Positions 53,653 to 63,322 of a DNA stretch of 64,000 nucleotides are shown piece after piece. The notes below the pieces were generated by a model. That model made no database searches. It saw nothing but the letters and a program-made list of their open reading frames with translations, and had not been told where the DNA came from. The DNA lies in the IMG/VR virus record IMGVR_UViG_3300008262_000126, positions 1 to 64,000 of that record, one strand, 5' to 3'. The position numbers were made by a program, and so were the translations under genes. How positions within the stretch are numbered: position 1 is the first letter of the stretch; every line of letters begins with the position of its first letter. The stretch is from a virus.

Positions 53653-55588
53653 CATCGTAACTACGGTCACCGGTTTAATGGATTCGCTCGCAGCAATTAA
53701 CATTCAATTGACTCGCAACCCTCGTCGTCTTTTAGTAGACACCGAGACTACTGGATTAGATCCACGGCAGTCTATGCTGCTGCTTGTACAGATTGCGACC
53801 TTTGAAGAGGTGTTCGTGTACGACTTTACGCAGCTGCCGGTAGAACTGATTAAGGAGTTCAAGCCGCTTCTGACAGACCCGACAGTTATCAAGGTGTTTC
53901 AGAATGCCAGCTTTGACATCAAAGTCTTCTTTGCTCTGGGTAAGTACATTGTCGATCCGATTCACGACACGCGTGTTGTCGAGGCTCTGCTCACAGCAGG
54001 CATAGTGGGCGTACGTAACGACTTGGCGAGTATCGCTCAGCGTCGGTTGGGGGTAAGTCTGGATAAGTCTGTGCGTACTCAGTTCACTGACGGTTCTTTC
54101 TCAGGCATCAGTGCCGAGCAGATTGAGTATGCAGCTAAGGACGTCATTGTACTCAAGGACATCTTTACTCAGCAGATTGCAGAAGTTAAGCAGCATTCCC
54201 TGCAGCAACCATACCGGCTTGAATCCAAACTAACAAAGGTTGTTGCGATGATGGAGTACTTTGGCATGCCGTTTAACGCACAGCATCTCAAAGACATGGA
54301 GCCTACGTTCGATACGCTAATCAAGAATGCCGAACGCATGCTTCAGCGTATGGTAATCGAAGCCGGTGTTGCTGAGGAGATTGTGTTTACCCGCGATGGT
54401 TACTCCGCTGTGAACACATCGTCTACTCAGCAGATGCTGAAGTACTTTCACGCGGTAGAGATGGACCTGGACAATCTAAATGCTCAGACCGTGACCGAGT
54501 GGGATTTTAAGAACCGTAAGAGTGCTAAAAATCACACGGTCAGTACCTCAATGTTTGATGAGGATCTTGTAGAGTCTATTGAGTCTTACGGACGCTACGA
54601 CAACTACAGGCTTAATTCCTATGCGTTTCTTGTAGGGGCTCGCAAGCTTCAGTCAACGTACGTTCGCGGATTACAGGAAATGGAAAACCCTGTAACTGGG
54701 CGTATTCACTGTACGTTTAATCAGATCGGCGCTGCAACAGGCCGGTTCAGTAGCTCTCGTCCGAACCTGCAGAACTTACCCTCCGATCAGAAGATGAAAG
54801 ACCTGGGCATTCAGCAGAGCATACGACACGCCTTTGCAGTCAAGGGCGAAGGTCGCAGGATGATTATTGCCGACTACTCGACAATTGAACTTGTAATCAT
54901 TGCTGATGCCAGCGGGGACCAAGGACTCATCGACAACCTGGACGACCTGCACACGTATGTAGCTAAGCACGTACTCAAGGTAGAGGATATCACAACGCAG
55001 AATAAGAAAGAGCACCCGTACAAAGTATGGAGAGAAGCGGCAAAGATGGTCAACTACTCAATTGCTTACTCTGTTGGCGGCGACAACCTGGCTAAGCAGA
55101 TGACGATCAAGCTTGCTCCTGTGAATGCAAAGTACTCACCGAAGCAAGGAGAAGCAATTATTGAGCAGTGGAAGGCTATGTTCCCAGCTGCTACGCTGTG
55201 GCTTAAGAAGAGTGCGCGTTCTGCTGTTGTTAACGGCTGGGTGGCAGATAGCTATGGTCGTAAGCGTTTCTGGAACAGGGACGACTTCACGATGAAGTGG
55301 AAGAAAGAGGCAGCAGAGCGTGAGGCTTCTAACTTTCCGATTCAAGCCCTGTCTGCTACAATGGTCAAGTTGGCCCTTGTCAAGACATTTGAAAGGTTAG
55401 ATATGAAAAGGGCTGTAATTGTCTCGACAGTCCATGATGAGATTATTGTGGAGAGTACTGTCGAGTACGCTGAGCAGGCTCGCCTGATTCTAAAAGAAGC
55501 CATGGAGGAATCTGCTCGCGAGGTTCTACCTAATCTCGGGAGTACGGTAATTGTGGATCCCGCTATATCTATGAAGTACGACAAGTAA
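53642..55588 (+). CDS. polA: family A DNA polymerase with 3'-5' exonuclease
   Basis: DTETTG, NASFD, YAAKD; TGRFSS..PNLQN; motif A DYSTIE, B REAAKMVNY, C VHDE; TTG start after GGAGG. Confidence 0.93.
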   Translation: MQVNIVTTVTGLMDSLAAINIQLTRNPRRLLVDTETTGLDPRQSMLLLVQIATFEEVFVYDFTQLPVELIKEFKPLLTDPTVIKVFQNASFDIKVFFALGKYIVDPIHDTRVVEALLTAGIVGVRNDLASIAQRRLGVSLDKSVRTQFTDGSFSGISAEQIEYAAKDVIVLKDIFTQQIAEVKQHSLQQPYRLESKLTKVVAMMEYFGMPFNAQHLKDMEPTFDTLIKNAERMLQRMVIEAGVAEEIVFTRDGYSAVNTSSTQQMLKYFHAVEMDLDNLNAQTVTEWDFKNRKSAKNHTVSTSMFDEDLVESIESYGRYDNYRLNSYAFLVGARKLQSTYVRGLQEMENPVTGRIHCTFNQIGAATGRFSSSRPNLQNLPSDQKMKDLGIQQSIRHAFAVKGEGRRMIIADYSTIELVIIADASGDQGLIDNLDDLHTYVAKHVLKVEDITTQNKKEHPYKVWREAAKMVNYSIAYSVGGDNLAKQMTIKLAPVNAKYSPKQGEAIIEQWKAMFPAATLWLKKSARSAVVNGWVADSYGRKRFWNRDDFTMKWKKEAAEREASNFPIQALSATMVKLALVKTFERLDMKRAVIVSTVHDEIIVESTVEYAEQARLILKEAMEESAREVLPNLGSTVIVDPAISMKYDK

Positions 55589-55597
55589 GGAGAATGT

Positions 55598-55846
55598 ATG
55601 CCGTTTACGATTGAGATGGAGATCAACGTTTTTAAAAACCTCGAACCGGATCCTGGGCAGCATTACGCGTGGGTAGCCCACATAATGCAGACGTCCGACT
55701 GTGTCGATATCTCTGACGAGAATGAGCTGTTTTACGGCATGAGTCCTTTGGCTGCTTATCAGAAAGCAGCGGTTGCCTTGGGTGTTCTGTTGAAGTCTCC
55801 TACGTTTTACAACCCGCTTATCAAGAAGGCATTGAACAATGAGTAA
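55598..55846 (+). CDS. hypothetical protein
   Basis: AAGGAG RBS. Confidence 0.6.
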   Translation: MPFTIEMEINVFKNLEPDPGQHYAWVAHIMQTSDCVDISDENELFYGMSPLAAYQKAAVALGVLLKSPTFYNPLIKKALNNE

Positions 55847-56798
55847 GAAGCTTAACCTGGACGGCATGTCTTTTGGGGACACTCCTCAGAATTACCGTTA
55901 CTTCCCGTCGTCGATTCGCTCGCTCAACAGGGCACTGGGTAGTAGCAAAGGCATCAGGGGTGGAACTATCATGCAGTTGCTCGCTGAACCAGGGCATGGC
56001 AAGACCACGCTGGCTTTGGATTACCTGGCGCAGGCACAGAAGCGTGGCATTAAAGACGTGAGCTTGACCATTGGTAAAACTACGCGGACAATTAATTCTT
56101 TATTTGTCGACCTTGAACGCACGTTTGACACCGAGTATGCCAAACTGCTTAACGTGGACGTTACAAAGCTGCTGGTATATCGACCCGATTACGCAGAGCA
56201 ATGCCTGCCTCAGATTGAGTACTTTCTCAGTCAGGGAATTCAGGTAGTGATCTTTGATTCAGTTCCCGCAATTGTAACAAAGGATGAGTTTGAAAAAGAG
56301 GTAGACGATCCAGCCCGCATGGCCGGAGCAGCTAACTTACTCTCGCGCTGGATTGTACGTTTGATCGGTCCTGTAGACAATGCCGACGCACTGTTTATTT
56401 TTGTTAATCAGTACCGTGCTAATCTATCGCCGATGGCCAGATCAGATAAGAAACCATTCGGTCCCCGGTCACTGCGTTACTTTAGCCGCATTATCTTAGA
56501 CCTAGTTAAAGTTCGCAACGAGGAGGATAAGTCACACATTCAAGCGACAGTCTCCAAGAATAAACAAGCCGCTGAAGGACGACGCTGTGACTACCTTATG
56601 CTTAAGGGAAAGGGATTGGCGCCTGCTTACGACCTTATGTCACTTGCTCTGGAGTATGATATAATTCATAAGTCAGGGGCGTGGTATGAGTATCAAGGGC
56701 AGAAAGCCCAAGGTCTCGATAATTGTGTACTGACCTTTGATTTGGAATCCATAGCCAGTCAAGTAGACAAGTGCTTAGAGGAGGAACTCGGTGAGTGA
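55839..56798 (+). CDS. recA: RecA/UvsX-like recombinase
   Basis: EPGHGKTT, FVDLERTFD, DSV, NQ.R, KNK, KSGAWYEY. Confidence 0.9.
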   Translation: MSKKLNLDGMSFGDTPQNYRYFPSSIRSLNRALGSSKGIRGGTIMQLLAEPGHGKTTLALDYLAQAQKRGIKDVSLTIGKTTRTINSLFVDLERTFDTEYAKLLNVDVTKLLVYRPDYAEQCLPQIEYFLSQGIQVVIFDSVPAIVTKDEFEKEVDDPARMAGAANLLSRWIVRLIGPVDNADALFIFVNQYRANLSPMARSDKKPFGPRSLRYFSRIILDLVKVRNEEDKSHIQATVSKNKQAAEGRRCDYLMLKGKGLAPAYDLMSLALEYDIIHKSGAWYEYQGQKAQGLDNCVLTFDLESIASQVDKCLEEELGE

Positions 56799-57135
56799 TT
56801 TAGAAACGTGGGTACAGAATTCGCCCGATTACTACGAAGTAACTCAAGCGTATAAAGGCTACGGTCGTTTGAAACAGATGATTATCCTTAAAGAACGTGA
56901 CATTGAACGCGTTGAACAGCAGATCGCTGTCGAGGAAGATAAGCCACGCAGCAATGTAGCTCGGTCTCGGAAAATTCAGGAGACTTCGACGCTGCTCGAT
57001 GAACTTGCAGAACTTAAAGCTCAGTTTGCTGAGCACGAAGCCTACGTTAAATCGCTAGAGTATCACAAATCTATGTTTGCGAGTGCCGCATACACCATAA
57101 AGATGCGGTTTGACGCACCGATGGGGAACGAGTAA
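56791..57135 (+). CDS. coiled-coil protein (possibly UvsY-like mediator)
   Basis: Helical; directly after RecA. Confidence 0.4.
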   Translation: MSDLETWVQNSPDYYEVTQAYKGYGRLKQMIILKERDIERVEQQIAVEEDKPRSNVARSRKIQETSTLLDELAELKAQFAEHEAYVKSLEYHKSMFASAAYTIKMRFDAPMGNE

Positions 57136-57887
57136 TGAATAGTCTCCCTGAATTTAGTGCTTCGCGCTTTAACCTGTACAAGACTTGTCCAAGACTGTAC
57201 AAGATGCAGTACAAGGAAGGTCTCGAGGGAAACAAGCACGTCTACACAGTGATGGGTTCTGCCCTGCACTACGCCATTGAGTCTTACTACGGCGGCAAGA
57301 CAAACGCAATTCCCCTTTTCTCTTCTTACTTTAACGAGGCGATTGCTTCGGCAGTCGGGAGCGAGCGGGGTCTTGTAGCTTCTAATCTTATCGGTAAGGC
57401 TTCTCAACTCGGGCAGTCGATTCTCCGTGAGATGAACTGGGATCAGTTTAATCCGACTCACCTTGAGTACGGGTTTAAGTTGCCGTTTCCCACAGAAAAC
57501 CCGCTTGTTCTTATGCGTGGTTTTATTGACATGATCACTGACGACGGTTGTATTATTGACCACAAGAGTGGTAGTAAAAAACCAACTGCTAACGAATTAG
57601 CAAACAACCCGCAGTTGCTTATTTACGTATGGGCTTATGAGCGCTTGTTTGGACACAAACCAAAGGCAGTTTACTGGCATCATTTGCGAACGCTTGAACT
57701 AGTGGAGGCAAAGGTGATGGTCGACTATGACGAGAAATTAAAGAAACTGGAGGAAACGCTAGTGCACATAATGAATGATACTGAGTTTGAACGAATCCCT
57801 CAAGGGTATTTCTGTAATCGTATCTGTGCTCATGTTGAGCTGTGCTGGCCGTCAACGAATTATGAAGAGTCGCCTTTTACTACGTGA
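57135..57887 (+). CDS. Cas4/AddB-like PD-(D/E)xK exonuclease
   Basis: SASR...CP, G.ID, IIDHKSG, QL..Y and C-terminal Cys cluster. Confidence 0.85.
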   Translation: MNSLPEFSASRFNLYKTCPRLYKMQYKEGLEGNKHVYTVMGSALHYAIESYYGGKTNAIPLFSSYFNEAIASAVGSERGLVASNLIGKASQLGQSILREMNWDQFNPTHLEYGFKLPFPTENPLVLMRGFIDMITDDGCIIDHKSGSKKPTANELANNPQLLIYVWAYERLFGHKPKAVYWHHLRTLELVEAKVMVDYDEKLKKLEETLVHIMNDTEFERIPQGYFCNRICAHVELCWPSTNYEESPFTT

Positions 57888-58242
57888 GGTTTTTCGAGAC
57901 TGGTTTGCAAACCGGTTAAGCGACGAAGACCGAATTAATATCGAGATGGTGGTTGCCGCAAACAGTCACTTTCTCACAGACAACCACCCACTAACACTGA
58001 AGATACTGAGCGATTGGTCTTCGGGTTACCTACTCCACGAGATCGCTCACAGGCATAATCTGCACGTTGGTGTAACCAGGGACATACTTAAGTTCGCTTT
58101 TGAACTGCTAGGACGCAAACTTGACATAGACGATGGTAGTGTTCTACGAGAAGTACCCGCTCAGTTACATATAACGGCGCGCAATGTATTCAACGCTTAC
58201 TATGATACGTTTACAGAACTTCCAGAGAGAGATCTGGAGTAA
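57862..58242 (+). CDS. hypothetical protein with possible HTH
   Basis: GYLLHEIAHRHNL..GVTR sigma-region-4-like pattern. Confidence 0.5.
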   Translation: MKSRLLLREVFRDWFANRLSDEDRINIEMVVAANSHFLTDNHPLTLKILSDWSSGYLLHEIAHRHNLHVGVTRDILKFAFELLGRKLDIDDGSVLREVPAQLHITARNVFNAYYDTFTELPERDLE

Positions 58243-58252
58243 CTAAGGAGTA

Positions 58253-59272
58253 ATGATGAAGGGTATTTATTACAGTAACGGCAGCTACGGCATTCGATGG
58301 TGGGACAAAGAGCAGAAGAAGATGGTACACGGCGGTCGCTACCCCACACAGCAAGAAGCTGCCGATGCTCTAACCAAGCGCACAAGTGCCGAGGACGTTC
58401 CCCTTATTAAAGGTCCCGATGTCTTTAAGTACGACGCTAATGTTGCCGATCGTATGTGGGAGATGGCTGCTGAGGTGTACGAAAAGAATAAGAAAGACCA
58501 GGTTGCTAAAAAGAGTCAGTCAATTCACCTCGGCAACAAGCCGACAGGGATTGCTTTTCTATCCGACTTGCATCTAGGTAACTCTGGAACTGACTACGGC
58601 GCCATCTTCAAGGACACAAAGCTGGTCGCGGACACCCCAGGAATGTATGCGGCCTTTCACGGCGACGGTATCGACAATTGGATTACGCCTAAACTGCAAT
58701 CACTGCAGCGCAACCAGGCGGTAAGTTTCCAGACTGAGCTGATGTTGTTTCGTCGCTGGCTTGAACTTATTCAAGAGAAGCTGCTGTTAGTTGTCAGTGG
58801 TAACCATGACAACTGGACCAGCAAGATTTCAGGCGTCGATATCATCCCAAGTCTGCTTGAGAGTACGACAATTCTGTACGATCCTAATGAAATTTACGTA
58901 GACATATCGTGCGGATCCTACTCTTGGAATGTCTTGATTCGTCACAAGTGGAAGTACAGCAGTATCTTTAACCCAACCCACGGTATCGAAGTCGGCTTTG
59001 ATCGATTGTCACGACCTTTCGATATCGGTATTGGGGGTCATACACACATCGGTACTCTGTTCCGCCCTTTTTACCGACACGGAGAAGAGCGGTTGGCGCT
59101 GCTGACTGGGGCGTACAAGCGTATCGATTCCTTCTCAAAGGAAATTGGCTATGCAGAGACGGCAAACAACGGGTGTGGCGCTATTATCTTTATGCCAGAT
59201 GGCAAGATGTGGTATAATTCTGACTTAGAGGTAGCATGTAACTACCTTACGTACTTACGAGGAGAGCGCTAA
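58253..59272 (+). CDS. calcineurin-like metallophosphoesterase with N-terminal AP2-like domain
   Basis: DLHLG, GDGID, GNHD, RH, GHTH; N-terminal KGIY...W...GRYPTQQEAA. Confidence 0.8.
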   Translation: MMKGIYYSNGSYGIRWWDKEQKKMVHGGRYPTQQEAADALTKRTSAEDVPLIKGPDVFKYDANVADRMWEMAAEVYEKNKKDQVAKKSQSIHLGNKPTGIAFLSDLHLGNSGTDYGAIFKDTKLVADTPGMYAAFHGDGIDNWITPKLQSLQRNQAVSFQTELMLFRRWLELIQEKLLLVVSGNHDNWTSKISGVDIIPSLLESTTILYDPNEIYVDISCGSYSWNVLIRHKWKYSSIFNPTHGIEVGFDRLSRPFDIGIGGHTHIGTLFRPFYRHGEERLALLTGAYKRIDSFSKEIGYAETANNGCGAIIFMPDGKMWYNSDLEVACNYLTYLRGER

Positions 59273-59463
59273 TGGACACTTGTTCTGTATGTCATGAGTA
59301 TTTAGACCAGTGCATCTGCGACGATTACACGGTGTCCAGGCGTGATTCTTTCCATGTTCCGGATCGATCTGAGCAAGAGAGAGAGCGACGCAAGCTTGAA
59401 GAATTTGAGATACTGAAGCGACATCATTATGGGCAGGTGGATCATGAACGCAAACATTCCTAA
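59272..59463 (+). CDS. small Cys-rich hypothetical protein
   Basis: CSVC...CIC; coupled start/stop. Confidence 0.5.
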   Translation: MDTCSVCHEYLDQCICDDYTVSRRDSFHVPDRSEQERERRKLEEFEILKRHHYGQVDHERKHS

Positions 59464-59647
59464 ACTTATTCAAGCCGAGCTTAAGCAGGCTAAAGCTACT
59501 CCCGAGGAGCTGGCTGACTTTATGGGGGTGTCCATTGAAAGACTGGAACAGATTCTTAAAGGATTGCACAAGCCTTCTGTTTCTGAAGGTATTGCGATTG
59601 CTCAATTTTTTGACCTTGAACCTATGCTATTTTTAGGAGGTAAGTGA
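59444..59647 (+). CDS. XRE-family HTH protein
   Basis: TPEELADFMGVS...ILKG..KPS. Confidence 0.8.
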   Translation: MNANIPKLIQAELKQAKATPEELADFMGVSIERLEQILKGLHKPSVSEGIAIAQFFDLEPMLFLGGK

Positions 59648-60333
59648 TGTCAGTGCTAGGAACAGCGGAGATTATTGCGATTACGAAGCCGACTGGTAAA
59701 CTTATAGATCTCACAGTGGCCGAATTTTTAGCGTATACCGCTCGGGTATCTAACCCGTCGAACCAAGAGAACCATGCAACAGCTACCAAACTGTTACGGT
59801 ATCTGGTTAAGCACAGTCATTGGTCACCGTTTGAGATGGTTAATGTGGTCATGGAAATTAACACAACTCGCGATGTTGCTCGTCAGATCTTGCGCCACCG
59901 CAGCTTTTCTTTTCAAGAGTTTAGTCAGCGTTATGCGAATCCTTTAGACGACTTGGGTATGATTACTCGAGACTTGCGGCTACAGGACACAAAGAATCGC
60001 CAGAGCAGCTTGCACACAGACGATCAGGATTTACATGACGCTTGGGAAGCTAAGCAGCTGGCTCTCCAGGTTGAAGTAGCACGCACTTACAACTGGGCAA
60101 TTCAGAACGGTGTTGCCAAAGAAGTTGCCCGCAGTATAATTCCCGAGGGCCTTGTCAACTCTCGGATGTATGTGAACGGGACACTACGCTCTTGGCTACA
60201 CTACTGTGCTGTTCGTTGTAAGTTGGACACACAAGAAGAGCACCGAGTGGTTGCTCAGCAAGCTTGGGAGTTGATTCAGGGCGAGTTTCAGGCTCTTCGC
60301 GAAATTTCACTGTTGGAGGATAAGGATGTTTGA
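59644..60333 (+). CDS. thyX: FAD-dependent thymidylate synthase
   Basis: HWSPFE, QILRHRSFSFQEFSQRY, EVAR, TQEEHR. Confidence 0.95.
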   Translation: MMSVLGTAEIIAITKPTGKLIDLTVAEFLAYTARVSNPSNQENHATATKLLRYLVKHSHWSPFEMVNVVMEINTTRDVARQILRHRSFSFQEFSQRYANPLDDLGMITRDLRLQDTKNRQSSLHTDDQDLHDAWEAKQLALQVEVARTYNWAIQNGVAKEVARSIIPEGLVNSRMYVNGTLRSWLHYCAVRCKLDTQEEHRVVAQQAWELIQGEFQALREISLLEDKDV

Positions 60334-60785
60334 TGATAAGGATGTTTGATCCCGAGCTACTTAAGAAAGCCGCAGAGGCTCGAATTAGATTGGAGGAGGC
60401 GCAGGGTAAGATTCGTAACGAAGTTACTGACTCTGACTGGGTACCGCTTCTGAAGACAACCGGCTATATGCCAAAGAATGAGCACTTGATTCCAGAGCAG
60501 ACGAGAGAATTCCAGTCTATTTTGGATAGCTTGCTCGAGATGCACAAGAGAAAGACCGCCGACTACTCATCATGGAACATCAAGGGGGCAGGTGAGCAGG
60601 GAGTAGCCGTTCGCTTGTGGGATAAGACAGCCCGTCTTATGAATCTGATGGGGTGGGATATCGGTACTGGTAAGTGGTCGCAACCCAAAGAACCAAAGAA
60701 CGAGTCAGTCGATGACACTCTTATGGATCTGGCCAGCTACGCAATTATTATGATAATACTACGACGAGGAAAGTGGGGTAAGTAA
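60330..60785 (+). CDS. DUF1599 / nucleotide-modification-associated domain 1 protein
   Basis: KxxDY, VRLWDKxxRL, ESVDDTLMDLASYAII. Confidence 0.75.
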   Translation: MMIRMFDPELLKKAAEARIRLEEAQGKIRNEVTDSDWVPLLKTTGYMPKNEHLIPEQTREFQSILDSLLEMHKRKTADYSSWNIKGAGEQGVAVRLWDKTARLMNLMGWDIGTGKWSQPKEPKNESVDDTLMDLASYAIIMIILRRGKWGK

Positions 60786-60786
60786 A

Positions 60787-61032
60787 ATGAGTGAACTAAA
60801 CGAATTGAGTTACAATTCAGCCGAAGATCCGCTGAGTCCTGTGGGTAAAGACTGTACTATCTGTAGCACCGAGTACGAAGATGAGGATTGGGGAATGATG
60901 GGGTGGATCGGTATCTTGCCGCTCTCTCTGTGCCCTAACTGCTCGTCAGGCATATTTCACATGGTTCTGTCTACAACTTCTCCCGAGGACTTGGAAGAGG
61001 CTGCCGCAATTCAACGCATGGAAGCGGAATAA
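60787..61032 (+). CDS. small CxxC...CxxC protein
   Basis: CTIC and CPNC. Confidence 0.55.
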   Translation: MSELNELSYNSAEDPLSPVGKDCTICSTEYEDEDWGMMGWIGILPLSLCPNCSSGIFHMVLSTTSPEDLEEAAAIQRMEAE

Positions 61033-61077
61033 TAAGGTCAACCAGTACCAGTGGTTAACCCCCACTGGTACACACAT

Positions 61078-61153
61078 GCCGGCGTAGCTCAGCGGATAGA
61101 GCATCTGCCTTCTAAGCAGGTTGTCGGGGGTTCGATTCCCTCCGTCGGTACCA
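61078..61153 (+). tRNA. tRNA-Arg(UCU)
   Basis: Cloverleaf; anticodon loop CT-TCT-AA; GGTTCGATTCC T-arm; encoded CCA. Confidence 0.95.
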
Positions 61154-61190
61154 AGCTACAGCAGTAGCAATAAACAACAGGAGTTATGGA

Positions 61191-61784
61191 ATGAAACCAA
61201 GATTTACAATAGTTGCAACTGACTACGACCAGTGGGTTTCTAGAGAGGGAGCGTACAGAGGTTTGAAAAGTCTCGCTGATCAAACATTTAAAAATTTTGA
61301 AGTTATCCTTCTGCACGACGGTCCACGAACACTAGATGTTTCTTCTGACTTACACCTAGATGAATTAAATTTGAACATTACCTGCATCAGCACGCACCAA
61401 CGGTTTAACATGTGGGGCCACCCGCAGCGTCATTTAGGGGTTCAGATGGCAAAAGGCGACTACATAATTCACTTTAACTGTGACAATTATTTAGAACCTT
61501 TCGCTTTAGAACTGCTAGATAAAACTATTACAGAGCAGAATGAAATAGACGCAGTCGTTTTCTCAATTCGTTGGAACGGGCAGTATTTTAAGGGCGTGCC
61601 TGTGCATACCGGAAACATTGACTGTCTTCAGATGTGCGCTTCGAGCAAAGTATGGCGAGAAATTGGCGGATGGTATCGTTACGATGGGTGCAGCGATGGA
61701 TTTATTTATGAAAACATCGCAACCAATTATCCGTTTTATCATTTAGACACAATCCTGGGTGATAACTATATCTCGATAAAGTAG
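61191..61784 (+). CDS. glycosyltransferase family 2
   Basis: SLADQTFKNFEVILLHDG, AKGDYIIHFNCDN, IGGW. Confidence 0.85.
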   Translation: MKPRFTIVATDYDQWVSREGAYRGLKSLADQTFKNFEVILLHDGPRTLDVSSDLHLDELNLNITCISTHQRFNMWGHPQRHLGVQMAKGDYIIHFNCDNYLEPFALELLDKTITEQNEIDAVVFSIRWNGQYFKGVPVHTGNIDCLQMCASSKVWREIGGWYRYDGCSDGFIYENIATNYPFYHLDTILGDNYISIK

Positions 61785-61831
61785 ACAAGCCTGTAACGAA
61801 CATCACCATTTAGGAAATAAAAGGAGTAGGT

Positions 61832-62527
61832 ATGAAACAAAATAATCAAATGAAATTCAATCGAATTGTCGTAGAGTCAACATATTCGCGTACAGATCTT
61901 TGTGACTTGGGTGCTCACCATGTTACAGATAAATCCCCTTATTGCGAAGCAGCAGCCAGTCACGTAAAACATCCGTACACACCTGTGTACGATTTTCTCT
62001 TTTCAACGTTTCGCGACAAGGCAATTAATATTGGCGAGATCGGAATTGACGCGAATGCATCTATGCGCTGCTGGCGAGAATACTTTAAAAAAGCGTCTAT
62101 TTGGGGATGGGAATACGATGCAGAAAAGATTAAGCGAGCCGAGCAAGATAATTTAGAGAACACTACGTATCTACACATGGATGTGCGTGATGGCGTATCT
62201 ATTCGGGAAGGACTTAGCAAACCAAACGTTCTGTTTGACATTATTATTGAAGACTCGTCACACCGCGTGGAGGATCAAATCCGAATAACTCAGCAAGTTC
62301 ACCAGTTTATTTCACCTGGCGGTTATTTTATAATTGAAGATGTGGATAAGAAACACGATTTAGCAGGATATTATGAAGCTTTTGCTGATGTCTTAAAGTA
62401 CTACACAAGTGTAACTGTAGTAGATGCAGATCACGAAAACAAAGTACGGGGAAATGGCACGTTTGATACACCTTATGACGACAATCGACTGATTGTGATG
62501 GTAAGAAACAGTCAACCGGCTGAATAA
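61832..62527 (+). CDS. class I SAM-dependent methyltransferase-like protein
   Basis: TDK..H.Y, EIGI...S...W..YF, FDIIIEDSSH, PGGYFIIED. Confidence 0.75.
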   Translation: MKQNNQMKFNRIVVESTYSRTDLCDLGAHHVTDKSPYCEAAASHVKHPYTPVYDFLFSTFRDKAINIGEIGIDANASMRCWREYFKKASIWGWEYDAEKIKRAEQDNLENTTYLHMDVRDGVSIREGLSKPNVLFDIIIEDSSHRVEDQIRITQQVHQFISPGGYFIIEDVDKKHDLAGYYEAFADVLKYYTSVTVVDADHENKVRGNGTFDTPYDDNRLIVMVRNSQPAE

Positions 62528-62603
62528 GCAATTAACTTATAATTTGGTGTATAATGAATACCAGCGGGGTAATAAGGCTCCGCTGGTACTTATGAGGTAA
62601 GCT

Positions 62604-62810
62604 ATGAGCAGCATGCGAGAACATCTGGGCAGTCAGGCAAGCACGGTTATGCGTCAGTACGCTGACCATCTACTCTACGACGGGAATCTTACTGAGGTCG
62701 ACCTCGAGAGTCTGGACGAGGCGTTGGAGGCAGCGAAGCAGGTCATTGAAGCTATCGAAGCAATCAAGACAGTTTTTGCATCTGCAAAGACAAAGGAAGT
62801 GACAAAATGA
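62604..62810 (+). CDS. hypothetical protein
   Basis: GAGG RBS; TATAAT upstream at 62550. Confidence 0.6.
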   Translation: MSSMREHLGSQASTVMRQYADHLLYDGNLTEVDLESLDEALEAAKQVIEAIEAIKTVFASAKTKEVTK

Positions 62811-63004
62811 TAAATGGATACAGCGACGAGAAAGTTATTGCGGATCTGCAAAAAGATCTTAAAGAGCTGCAAAACATGTCTCGAGTGTTTGAGCCGCGAG
62901 GAGTCACTATCTGGTGGGACCTCCAAAGTGATCTGAAGGCAATTGAAAAAGTCATTAAAGACCTGCGTCGTGAGATAAACTCACAAAACAATCCGGGCCA
63001 ATAG
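62807..63004 (+). CDS. hypothetical protein (stop codon lies inside the tRNA)
   Basis: ATGA coupling with upstream gene; AAGGA RBS. Confidence 0.55.
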   Translation: MINGYSDEKVIADLQKDLKELQNMSRVFEPRGVTIWWDLQSDLKAIEKVIKDLRREINSQNNPGQ

Positions 63005-63070
63005 CTCAAAGGTCAGAGCAGATCGCTCATAACGATTTGGTTGCAGGTTCGAATCCTGCTTGGCCCACCA
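62995..63070 (+). tRNA. tRNA with CAU anticodon, probably Ile2 (lysidine, reads AUA)
   Basis: Cloverleaf GGGCCAA/TTGGCCC; loop CT-CAT-AA; lacks initiator features and resembles ileX-type tRNAs; encoded CCA. Confidence 0.85.
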
Positions 63071-63106
63071 ATTAACTAGCACAGCGAAGGAGGGGTAGTA
63101 AAAAAT

Positions 63107-63322
63107 ATGAGCTGGAAGAAACGAGACCGGAAAATTGTAACATGGTCTTACACCTTCTACGGCTGCGTGTTTTGTAAAAATGAAGACTTAGTTAAAGTCA
63201 ACATTTACGAAGTTATCTACAACTACTACAACTGTCACAGGAATAATAGACGAGGGAGCATTCGTGATAAAGCCGATTACATAGCTCAGCAACGGCACCG
63301 GAAAGATCATAAACAAAACTAG
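63107..63322 (+). CDS. hypothetical protein
   Basis: AAGGAGG RBS. Confidence 0.5.
   Translation: MSWKKRDRKIVTWSYTFYGCVFCKNEDLVKVNIYEVIYNYYNCHRNNRRGSIRDKADYIAQQRHRKDHKQN

Noticed and set aside
57135-57887. Cas4-like gene as a sign of a CRISPR system
   Set aside because: No repeat-spacer array or other cas genes were seen; solo Cas4-like nucleases are common in phage recombination modules
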